A stretch of 64,000 bases of DNA. Source: Cenococcum geophilum. Its lineage: Eukaryota. Location of the stretch: NCBI GenBank assembly GCA_050273025.1, contig CP158635.1:26474001-26538000 (forward strand), given 5' to 3'. Positions within the stretch are counted from its first letter, which is position 1, and every line of letters begins with the position of its first letter. The translations under genes were made by a program, and so were the position numbers. Positions 1 to 11,328 of this stretch are shown one piece after another. Under the pieces are notes generated by a model, which made no database searches, had not been told where the DNA came from, and saw only the letters and a list, made by a program, of their open reading frames with translations.

Positions 1-2556
1 GCAGTAGAAGTAAGAGCGGCTATTAAAGCGTTCCATCTTAGTTACACGCATCAGCCTAAACGTATCTTTATAATTCTTAATAGCCCTAAGACAGTAGAAA
101 TGCATCTATTTCCCAACTTCGTTCTTATTACTATTAAGAAGAAGGTTATAATCTTAAATTACCGCTAAAGAATCCCATTATCGTTTACCGAGAAGGGCGT
201 CGGATAGAGCGCTAGCAGCTATAAGCTTAACTGCTACAGGGAAGCGATATGGAATCGCGCCGTAGAGATTAGCATATCCAGACGGCGTACAGGGCGGCGC
301 TCTTAAGTCTTAGTGCGCATCTACCAACTCTGCCTAAGTACCTCCTTTAGTAACCTTAAGGTTATTATAATTGTCCTAAATACCAATGAACTATAGTAGT
401 ATTATTCGCCGGGTTCCAGTTAAAGGTCCTTTCGCTCTATAAGGAAGGTAAGGCATAGTTATACGTATATCTTCTTTCTTATATAGCTAAGCTACCTAGT
501 CGGTTATATACTTTTCTACATCTTTAGTAGTCTAGTTTTGGTTAGAGATCTTATAAACAAATCCGTCGCCCTTAGTTAATCCTCGCGCCTTAAGATCCTC
601 CCACTATAATTCTAGGTAGTAATGTATACTAGGTAAGATAATTATGCAGTTATCCTTAGTCTTATTATCTAGAGAAACGCTCCCTTAGATTATATCGGCA
701 CCGCATTTACTTTTAAAGAGTAAGGGAATATTAACGTTAATATAACGGAAAGCTGTAGAGTCTCCTTTAACCGCGAATTTTGTATAATAAGGGTAGGAAA
801 TAAGTCGCCACCAGCTGTTAGGCCTAAGAGCGTAATAAAGACGATAATACTAAGGGTCTTATTTTATTAGCTATTAGTAGAGACCGTAGACTATTATTCT
901 TAACTAGCTATAATTTGGCCGCCTATTAATTAGACGCTAATAGTGGCGGTATATATATATTTCCTTATTAATTATCGCTAAGATATTAAAATCCCACCAT
1001 TATCTAAATATATTTAAAATTATAGATCCTTCTTACTGCTACACTTCTTAGTCTTCTGGTAATATTATCTAATTAAGTAAAGCCTTTCTATTGTATAAAA
1101 ACCTTAGTGCTAAGTTATAAATAAACTTATACGGTCTTAAGGAATCGGATAAAACTGGAGGTCTATAAGCTTTTCTAAACTAAGAGTATGTGGTGGGATT
1201 GGTCTTTATAGTGCTAAGGTGGTTATAAGCATAATATATTAAACGGAGTCTGTAATATAGTGCGGTATAGTTTAGACCCTTTATTGCTAAACCTATGCGT
1301 CCTCCTATAGCTTGCGTATACATCTAATAAACCTTATATATCTCTAGATTAGAACTAGCTGCCCTATACTAACTACGTAAGAGCTTTATAACCTTAATTG
1401 GTTTAATTTTAGTAGTTTGGTTTAGGGACGCCTTAAGATAAGCGGGTACGTCATCCTTGTAGTTATACCCTCGTTTTATACGGAGTACCGCTACAGTATC
1501 TATAGCCTCCTCAATATACTCCTTATTATCTCCCGGCTTAATAACGTTCTTATTAAACATTAATGCCACCCCTAGCCCTCCTACTTCTAGGTAAGCAATC
1601 ATTAGCCCTTTTCTTAGATTCCTCCTTAACGAAGATACTAGCAGCTACGGAAGCAAGCCAACAGGCGTTTCAGCCATAAAAATGCTCTCGTTTATAAATA
1701 ATAATAGCGAGTTAACTAATATAGGTAATCCTTATTGGGACGGGCTTAGTATAATACTAACGCCTCTTCCTTAAATAGGTGTTAATAGCTAAAAAGCTAA
1801 GGGATTTATTATATTAGAAGTATGTTATAAATATATTCGCAGTATAAGAGCTAAGCTCTCTCCTACTTGTCTAATTCCGACATTAGTAACCTCTAGTCCC
1901 ATAGTAGTTAGTCTCCTACTTCTTAGTAGTAGGTCCTTATTTAGAATAAGGAAACTAGTTAAGTGTCTTCCTAAGCTATAATTATTTACCACCTAGTCTA
2001 ATACCGCCCTTCCTAGCATCTTCGGCGCGAGCGTAAAATCGGTCGGCTATAGTTAAGTAGTGTTCTTAATGCCGCATCCTAGATGTTTAAGCCTGTCAAT
2101 TAGGGCCTTATTAACTCATGCCGTTACTTTATAAAGTAGGTAGACGGTAAGCTTTCGGGCGGTAAAAAGGAAGTAGTAGAAGACCGCGTATTTAAGTAGA
2201 CTATTAAGAATACCTTATCCCCAGGACTTTCGGATAGTTTCTCTAGCTTTATTATACTAATTTCTTTAATCTTTTACTATCTTACTAACGTTAGAGATGT
2301 CCTTAAAGATTAATAAAAACGCGTCTCTTCCTAGAGATGCTTATAGCCCGTTATCCTAGTTAACGAAATTAACTACTACACTAGTAGCATCTACATAGTT
2401 TTCTTAAGAGAGTAGAATCTTGTTATAGATTTAGAGGTATACTACCTAATACTAATTAACTGCGAAGCCTCTAACTTCTGTAAGGACGTTACTAATCTAT
2501 TACTTAGCTCCTTTATATAGTACTAGAGGTCTATTAGATAAAGATATAATAAACAT
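1..2556 (-). pseudogene. RIP-inactivated long ORF with C-terminal 2OG-Fe(II) dioxygenase (PhyH-like) domain; runs off the left edge
   Basis: Minus-strand translation from ATG ~2556 stays largely in frame with RIP-type stops. It reads ...LRPNSWWRLISYPYYTKFAVKGDSTAFRYINVNIP... (RYINV at 733-747 = RHIDV after reversing C>T/G>A), then I*GSVSLDNK..NCIIILP, and MPYLPYRAKGP..TRRIIL (LPYRA at 433-447 = LPHGA). This gives the HxD...H...R layout of 2OG-Fe(II) oxygenases. Confidence 0.65.
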
Positions 2557-2669
2557 ACTATTATTAATTTTGTTTAATTTATAACTTTAACTAATTACGG
2601 CTATATTTAAGGTTTATTAAGGGTAAAAAGGTAAAGTTCTAAATAGGGTTTCCTAATCTAAATAGTCTA

Positions 2670-2805
2670 CTAAATTTAGGTAGTAGTATAGAGTTCTACC
2701 AGCTCTAATTATTAAATAGACTAATTATAATTTTCCATCCCCGGGATAGAAAATCGCTATTAGCTTAGTAAAGGCGGTAAGCGGAACTAATATCTTTACA
2801 GTAAA
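2670..2805 (+). other. Conserved non-coding motif with hairpin (copy 1; copy 2 at 48418-48555)
   Basis: Near-identical core gaaaatcgctattagcttagt..aaggcggtaagcggaactaatatcttt shared with 48418-48555; hairpin attttccatcc-ccg-ggatagaaaat. Confidence 0.75.
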
Positions 2806-3377
2806 CAATACTAGATAGTTATACGTAAACATTCTTCTGTCCTTACCTTACTACTACCACGTATTAGATTCCTGTGACTAAAAAAAGCAAATAAGAAAGT
2901 ATAATAGAAAGAGCTTTAGGAAATACGGTAAATAAACGGACGGATTGCATGGCTGTTATCTATATCCCCTCCCCCACCTTAGAACTTAACTATCCCCTAG
3001 TTAAATATTTCGTACTTAGTTCTATTAAACAATCTTTCTAAAACACGCACTTCTTAAACTACACGGCGTTATAATACTAGTAGATTTTATATAACATCCT
3101 CCTTAGGTTCTAGCTCTGCTGTTATTTCTTATAGTATAGTTCCGCTTAACTAGTTAAGCTAGTCTTTCTAGCGGACCTTAGATATCCATTATTAATAAAA
3201 CTTCTTTAATCTATTCCCTAAAGTTTAATCACGGAACGGTGTGCCGTTAAGATCCTTAATTAAGTACTATCCTTTATAAGGGTAACTTTTACGTACGCGG
3301 AACGGGCCTAGCCATTTTAGATCTAACTTACGACTACTAGAATAGTCTTACTTAAGCTATATATTATAAAGCATAAC

Positions 3378-3802
3378 TGTTACGGACGCTTTAAGTACGA
3401 TGTTACAACTACTTGGAGAAGAGACGGAAGAAGCTAGTTGGTTGATTTAGGCACGGTCCGGAATGGAGCCGATAGAACCATGTGACGAGGAATGGTAACC
3501 GAGGTCACATAATGTGCTATGTATTAAACGAGAGGAACGAGAGGAACTTACGTACCTTATGTATAAGACGTATATTACGTATAAGAAGGATTTTATAGGA
3601 GTACGGTTGTGTATTTAAGGACCCTTAGTCCCTACCTAGATAGTTCCTTCCTTATAGTGATTCTTAGAATACAATTAGAGTTAATCTGTTGGGTAACCAC
3701 TCCACCAGTTATTATTACGTTGTTAACTTTTATACTTATATTTCCTATATACCTAGCCCATTAACGAACCCATCGTAGTTCTTACTACAAGGTTCCGTTA
3801 CA
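3378..3802 (+). repeat. 5' LTR of element A
   Basis: Direct repeat of 10904-11328; tgttac...gttaca ends. Confidence 0.97.
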
Positions 3803-3846
3803 CAATTACTACCTAGTTATAGTATTAATATAAGAAGTTGAATAAC

Positions 3847-6800
3847 ATGCCACTAAAAGCAGCTACTATAACGCCATTAATGGCAGCAACTACTTTAAGG
3901 ACAGGAGGTGATACTAGTATGGCGGATACTGACTTATAGCAACCTATGACGGTTAGATAACTATAGAAAATAGTTAACTAGTTAATAGCTAACAATACAG
4001 TATTAGAAGAAAGACTTAACGGGATAGGAGCAGCAAAGATTAAGCTACTATTAATTAAGAGATTTATAGGAGAAAGGTTAAAGCTTAAAGGATTCCTTAT
4101 ATAGATGTACTTTAAGGTCTTATAGGAGGGAGTAAAGTTACCTACACCCGTGGATCGGATAGCCTACGTAGGACTATTCTTATTAGGAAAAGCACTTAAG
4201 TGGTTTAAACCTTACCTTATAGAGATACAGGCAAATAGAATAACAACCACTAACCAAGATATGCGATTTATATTCTTAAGTTGGGAAGGATTTACAGAAC
4301 GACTTACGCAGATGTTTAGAGACCTAGAAGAAACAACTATAGCGGAAAGAAAACTCTAGAACCTTATATAACGAACTTTAGCAATTAAGTATACGATATA
4401 GTTCTAGACACTAGCAATATAAGTAGAGTGGAATAATAGGGCGCTTATGGTATAGTATAAACAGGGACTTAAGGCTAAAGTCTAGGATGTAATTATTCTG
4501 ATAAAAGATGCGGAGACCCTAAGGGAACTAATAGATTAGGCAATTAAGATTAATAATTAGATCTACTAAAGGGAATAGGCTAAGAGAGGCCAGGATAGAG
4601 TTCTATAGTTATATAAGGCGTAGGGTACGCAATAATAAAAGCTAAGTTAGAAACTATAGTATGGCGCAGAGCTAATGGACCTAAGTAGTACCAAGGAAGC
4701 CTATAAGAGATGGAGTAAACTATGGAAACCTAGAGGACAAGAATTAAGTAATTAAAAGTCTAAGGAGTAAAGGCCGAATTAGGGATCTTAACAGCAGAAG
4801 ACATTTAGGCGGATTCCACAGCAAGAGAAATGGTTTAAAGAAGGAGCTTATATAAATTGCGGGAAACAGGGTTATTACGTTAGAGACTATAGAAGTAGGT
4901 AGAATTACTATATAGTAAAGGGCACGAGACTAGCAGACGACATATATATATAAAGGGACGACAATATGCTGCGAGGAACGAAAGAATATTTAATTAGAAG
5001 TTTTGCGTTTTATTATAATAACGTATACCAAATTTATAAGGACGCTAAGTATGGCGTAAGCTATTAGCTATAAGAGCCAGCACCTATAGGATGTAAAGGA
5101 ACTAATAAACTAGTTCGCAGATCGGATATTAAGGACGATAAATTCAACCTAGGTAAAATATTCCATAATAATAAGGCAATAAGGGCCGCTTACTGGGAGC
5201 AAGCAGACCTTAGAGATGTTATACTAGAGGCAAAGGATAATTCTATTATAGAATAAGGAATATTAGTAGGGATCAAAACCCCACTAGATATAATGTCTAT
5301 CGCTTCGCGAGACGTAAGAGAAGTAGAATAGCAAACCACTTCGGCACTTAATAAAGGCAAAAGGCTAAAGGCTTAAGATTCTTAAGATAAGATAAGAGAT
5401 AACTAAGATTCTTAAGATGAGATAAGGTAAGCTTAAGGACCTATAATAGATAAAAACCGATAGAGCAGAGTAGTGGCTTAGTTTAAAGATATACAAATAA
5501 GCTCGGGATAAGAATTCTTAACGGTATAAGATTTTTAAGACAAGATAAGTAAGATCTAGAACTCTTAAGATAAGATAAGAACACTAGTTAAGCCTAGTTA
5601 GATTAAGGCAGGGGCTAAGCTTAAGTTAAAAGCAAGCTCGGGATTAAAGAACCCAAAGGGTTAAGAATTTGGGGTATAAATTAGGACACCTATAGATAAG
5701 AGGCTAGGAGCTTCCTTATAGATTAGAGAATCTACAGTATAAATAGTAATTAGGCTAGGAGATAGATATATAGACCTAGAAGACTTACTAGGGGAATATA
5801 GCGTTCGGCCTAAAGATTAAAAAATTAATACTAAGATTAAAAAGCAAGACGACTTTAAGGATTAGAGCGTAAGGCGCAAACTAAAAGAAACCATAGAAGA
5901 GTTTAGGCAAAGAATTATCGTATGGCAAGAATAGAAACTAGATAAGAGATCTAGTATATTAGGACGTATAAAGGATAGAGCACTAATATGAAGAATTACT
6001 AATAGGCCAAGAGTAGGTACACTAAGAGCTAAGTGGCTTATTAAATTGAAATAAGAAGAGGATCTAGAGATTCCTACTAGATTTAAAGAATAATATACTA
6101 AAGGCTGTTATAACGCAGTAATAAAGAAATACTTCCTTACGGACAGACTATATATACTTAAGCAGCTGTACTAAAAGTAGTATAGACAACGACACAATAA
6201 TAAGTAGGAAGATTTCTATATATAGTTGGACAAGAAAGTTATCTAAGACCACCCGATTATAGAGAAGGCTATAACTTATATTAAGGGGGCCTTAATTATA
6301 ATATTAAAGGATCTAAAGGAACGTTTAGAGGACTGGAGAAGTAAGAGATATATCTTAGTACCTGCGAACGAAGTTATAACGTTCAGATTAGCATAATAAA
6401 GGTTTAAACTTAGGGATAAAGACGAGCTAAGAGTTAACCTAAAGCACCTAGCACACTATATAATATTATGGATTGCGTATATAGACAACATGTGCGAAAT
6501 ATATAAGAATCCGAAAGAAAAGAATCGGAAATACCCTATAAGGATGTACTAGATAACGGACGAATAATAGTATAAAAATGCTAAGTATATGTATGGCTGG
6601 CACCTAGCGGAAGTTTAAGAATAAGGGGACTTAATACTTTAACTAGGAAGATTTCTTATGGAAGAATGCCTAGACGGACGATAATAGTGGGAATGTTTAA
6701 AGAACACGTGTCTATAGCATATTAAAGATAAAAAGCGAACTAGACATTAGCCAAAAAATAAGCCAAGTATACTAGGATTAAGCGGCCAATAGTTAGGAAA

Positions 6801-9800
6801 AGTAGAGGCCTATAGGACTAAAGGGAGCTAGTAATAGAGCCTTAGACCCTTAAAGGAATTTAAGGACAACACCTAAATTTATAAGTTAAATGGCGAGATT
6901 AATAGTTTAAGGCGCTAATAGATAGTGGAGCAATAAGGAACTATATCTTACTAGTAGCAGTTAAGAGAATGGGACTACCTTATAGACAAAAGGAGTAACT
7001 TTACCTATTAGTTACGATTTTAGAAGATCTAATAACCTATAGAGGAGGGATTATTAATCTTAAAATAGGACCTATTTAGATAACTATTAAAGGAAGATAA
7101 ATTAAGATGTCTTTTAATATCCTACTATTAGGACGGGACAAGGCAGTATTAGGTATGCCTTAGTTATAGGAATACAATTTAAGGATTGATTAGATTATAG
7201 GTCAGGTCAATATTAAGGATACTTAACGCCGCAAGATGCGATAATAAGCCAAGTTGGTATGGTACTAAGTAGGAGCAACCTATAAAGAAACAGAAAAAGG
7301 ACTAAGCTATATACTAAAGAGATACCACAAGTACGGCAAGAAACTATGGTCACTAGAGAGTAAAAAGCTGTTAAAATATGCAGCATAGGACCATAAAATA
7401 GAGTTAGAACCAGAAATAAGTCTAAAGTTCTTTTTAATCTATAAGCTTACTAAAGAAGAAGGTAGAGCGCTAAAAGAGTTTATCTAGGAAAATCTATAAA
7501 AGGGATATATTAGACCATTGCAGTTATTAGCGGGTTATCCAGTACTATTTATACTAAAGAAGAACGGCAAACTAAGGCTATGTATTAACTATAGACAGTT
7601 AAACAGTATTACTAGAAAGGATAGGTATCCTTTACCCTTAATTAGCGAAATCTAAGACAGGATAGGCAATGCGCAAATCTTTATAAAGATAGATCTAAGA
7701 TGGGCGTACCATTAGATTAGGATTAAGGAAGGCGATAAATAAAAGGCAGCCTTTAGGTTAAAGGAAGGACTATATAAACTATTAGTTATACAATTTAGGC
7801 TTATAAACGCACCAGTAACGTTCTAGAAGCGTATTAACAATATATTAGGAGAATACTTGGATAAATTTGTTATAGTATACCTTAACGATATTATTATCTA
7901 CTTAATAACTAAGGAAAATCACGGGGAACACGTTGAATGGGTTTTAAAGAAACTATAAGAAGAACAGATACCAGTAGCAATTAAGAAATATAAGTTCTTT
8001 ACTAGGAAGACCGATTTCGTTGGATTTATTATTAAACTAGGCTAACTTAGTATAGATCCGAAAAAGATTAAGGCTATAATAAATTAGTAGGAACTAGAGA
8101 ACGTTACACAGTTAAAATTGTTCTTAGGGTTTTGCAATTACTATAGAAGGTTTATAGCGCAATGGTTAAAGGATATTAAGCCATTTACGCGGTTAATAAA
8201 GAAAGAAGAACTATAGGCATAGGGAGAGGAGCAAAGAGAACTCTTTAAAAAAGTTAAAGAGTTATTTACCTAGGAGCTAGTTTTTAAGATCTATTAACTA
8301 GAACTAGAGACGGTTGTAGAAATAGATGTATTAGACTATATACTAGGGGCGTGCTTTATATAAAGATATCAAGATAGATAGCACCCAGTGGCATACTATA
8401 GTTGGAAGATAACACTACTAGAGTTAAACTATAACATCTATAATAAGGAGTTATTAGGTATAGTTATAGCATTAAAGGAATAGAGAGCATTCTTATAAGG
8501 CATAGAAAAACCATTTATAGTTAAGACGGATTATAAAAACCTAACAGGATTCCTAATAACGAAGGAACTTAACTAAAGATAGGTTAGATAGGTAGAGATG
8601 CTTGCGGAATACTATTTCGAAATTCAGCATACTAAAGGTATAGATAATACGCGGGCAGATACTCTAAGCCGCAAAGCTAAACTATAAAATAAGAAAAAGC
8701 CATCAGGGGCTTTATTGCGAAAAGATACAGACGGATTAATTAGGTATAATTATCCAAAAATTATAGCAACTTAAGAAGACAATAAACCAGAAAAAGTTTA
8801 TAAGACACTAGAAAGCTTTTAGGTATAAAGAATTCTAAAAGTATAGCTAGAAGATCTACAGACGGATATATATAAAAATTGAGAAGTAAAGTATATCCTA
8901 AGAAGTATAGCAGAGTAGTTTATAGAGGACTTCTATAAGGGACTAACCTAAGGACACAATGAAGCTATAGGCTTAGTGTTAAGACTCTAGGAGGAGTATA
9001 TTATTAACGGAATCTAAAGGATAGCTAGAAAAATTACTAAAGAGTGTCTAAATTACTAAAGGAATAAACTAATAAGGTATAGGCTATATAGAGGGCTATA
9101 ACCTATTAAAATACTAGAGAGACTATGGGAGGTTATATTATGGGACTTTATTGTTAAGTTACTAAAATTAAGAGATCCTATTACCGGATAAGATTATAAC
9201 GTAATCTTAGTAATAGTAGATAAGCTTACAAAGTGGGGATACTTTATAGCATACATAAAAGAAATCTCAGCAGAAGATATCGCTAAAATCTATATTAAAG
9301 AAGTGTTTATAAGACATAGAGCACCAAGCAAGATCATATCGAATAGAGATCTAAGATTTGTAGTAGTATTTTAGAAAGTATTCTTAGCGGAGCAAGGAGT
9401 TTAAGCAGCAACTTCTACTATATATTATCTGCAGACAGACGGTTAAATGAAAAGGTTAAACTAGACGCTAAAACAGTACCTAAGATATTATATCAATTAT
9501 GCACAGAATAATTAGGTATTACTATTACCAGTTATATAGTTCGCATATAATGCAACACCTTAAGAAGGAATAGGCATGTTACCATTTAAAGCAAATTATG
9601 GATACGAGCTAAGAACATTGTTGTTACTACAGTAAGTAAAGAAAATAAGTAGTATAGCTAAAGAAAGAATAAAGACATTAATGAATCTTTATACGAACCT
9701 TATAGAAACGGCTAAGGTAGTATAGTAAAGGATGAAAAAGTACTATAATGCTAAGAGATCTAAGGGACCAGATCTTAAGGAGGGAGATAAAGTATAACTA

Positions 9801-10211
9801 CTACACAAAAATTTCAAAAGTCGACGACTAAGCAAGAAATTAGACTACGTCAGATTAGGACCTTTCGAAATTACATAGAGAATTTCACCGGTTATGTTTA
9901 AGTTAAACCTACTAGCCAAAATAAAGATCTACCCTATACAGTATATTGTAATGCTAGAACCAGTATATAGGAATATTAAGCCACTGGTCTATAAAGCAGA
10001 CACGTATAGAGGATAAGAAGAAGATAAATGGTAAGTATTAAAGATCGTTAATTATAAGGACATTAACGACGAAATATAGTACGAGGTTAAGTGGATAGGC
10101 TACACTAAGACTACCTAGGAGCCACTAGAGAATTTAAAGAACGCTATAGGAAAGGTATAGGAGTATCGGAAGAGATTAGGTTAGGCAATATTAACAAAGA
10201 AGGATCGCTAA
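3847..10211 (+). pseudogene. gag-pol of element A, with ~1.9 kb extra region between the zinc knuckle and the protease
   Basis: Recognisable gag, PR, RT, RH, IN and chromodomain motifs broken by RIP stops; ORF-track hit 4150-4359 is a gag fragment. Confidence 0.92.
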
Positions 10212-10229
10212 AGAATGAGTTATCTAAGG

Positions 10230-10795
10230 GGGACCTAAGAAGAGCAGCTGCCGAACTACTTGGATCTGTTTCCTTCTCTATTAAAGGAGAATCCATTCTT
10301 TTATTACCTAGTTCCTATAGACCTTATTCTACTAGTTTCTACTCCTTAAAACGAACCTTCTTATAAACCTTCTTAAGACAAAGTAGATAAGTAGACGCCA
10401 TAATTTAAGTATCTAAAGCCTTCTGTTCCGCATTACGGGAACATTCTAACTTAGCAAGGGCTTGTAACAGTTTACTATCTAGCCGCATAGCAGTAGATTA
10501 AATATAAAACCCTAAGATAAATTAATTAGGGAACCAGACGACTATTAAGAGTAATAGGTCGCGTATATTTAGCATTAGAAGTAGAGCGAATGTTATAGGA
10601 TAAACAAATATTTACTTTAGTATACTCTAAGCAAAAGGACGGTTATTATAAAGATGGGTTTGCTAATATAATATAAACTAACCCCTCTTTTAAACAACGA
10701 GAATATAGCAACGGCATAATCTTACTAAGAAATAATATTGCAGCAATAGTGCGAGCACGACGTTGGGCGTGTAAAGAAGAAATTGCTTTAGGTAT
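10230..10795 (-). pseudogene. Antisense accessory ORF of element A with Zn2Cys6-like cysteine pattern
   Basis: Minus frame from 10795: IPKAISSLHAQRRARTIAAILFLSKIMPLLYSRCLKEGLVYIILANPSL**PSFCLEYTKVNICLSYNIRSTS. Reversing TAT to TGT gives C-x2-C-x6-C-x13-C-x2-C-x8-C. Confidence 0.6.
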
Positions 10796-10903
10796 AATAA
10801 GCAATAATATTAACCAAATTAATTAAACAGATATTATACCTCTAGTAAACGACTTAGAGATATTTTAAATCTTTAAGGACAAAGATAAAGAGGAGGGAGA
10901 TGG

Positions 10904-11328
10904 TGTTACGGACGCTTTAAGTATAATATTACGACTACTTAGAGAAGAGACGAAAGAAGCTAGTTAGTTAATTTAGGCATGGTCCAAAATAGAGCCGATA
11001 GAACCATGTGACGAGGAATAGTAACTAAGGTTATATAATGTGCTATATATTAAACGAGAGGAACAAGAGGAACTTATGTACCTTATATATAAGATGTATA
11101 TTATGTATAAGAAGGATTTTATAGGAGTACGGTTGTGTATTTAAGGACCCTTAGTCCCTACCTAGATAGTTCCTTCCTTATAGTAATTCTTAGAATACAA
11201 TTAGAGTTAATCTGTTGGGCAACCACTCCACCAGTTGTTATTACGTTGTTAACTTTTGTACTTGCATTTCCTATATACCTAGCCTATTAACGAACCCATC
11301 GTAGTTCTTGCTACAAGGTTCCGTTACA
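10904..11328 (+). repeat. 3' LTR of element A
   Basis: Direct repeat of 3378-3802, preceded by PPT and followed by TSD ATAAC. Confidence 0.97.

Larger units (their letters stand above)
3378..11328 (+). mobile_element. Full-length chromoviral Ty3/Gypsy LTR retrotransposon A (RIP-degraded)
   Basis: 425-bp LTRs 3378-3802 and 10904-11328 (TG...CA), 5-bp TSD ATAAC on both sides, PPT 10881-10903. Internal gag with degenerate CCHC ~4850-4890, protease ALIDSGA ~6912, RT YLND (=YLDD) ~7878, RNase H, integrase, chromodomain ~10020-10170. Confidence 0.97.

Noticed and set aside
2806..2978. Polypurine tract at 2966-2978 as evidence of an adjacent 3' LTR of B
   Set aside because: The sequence to its left does not match the candidate 5' LTR (17638-17934), so no LTR was called; the right boundary of the dioxygenase unit remains uncertain.
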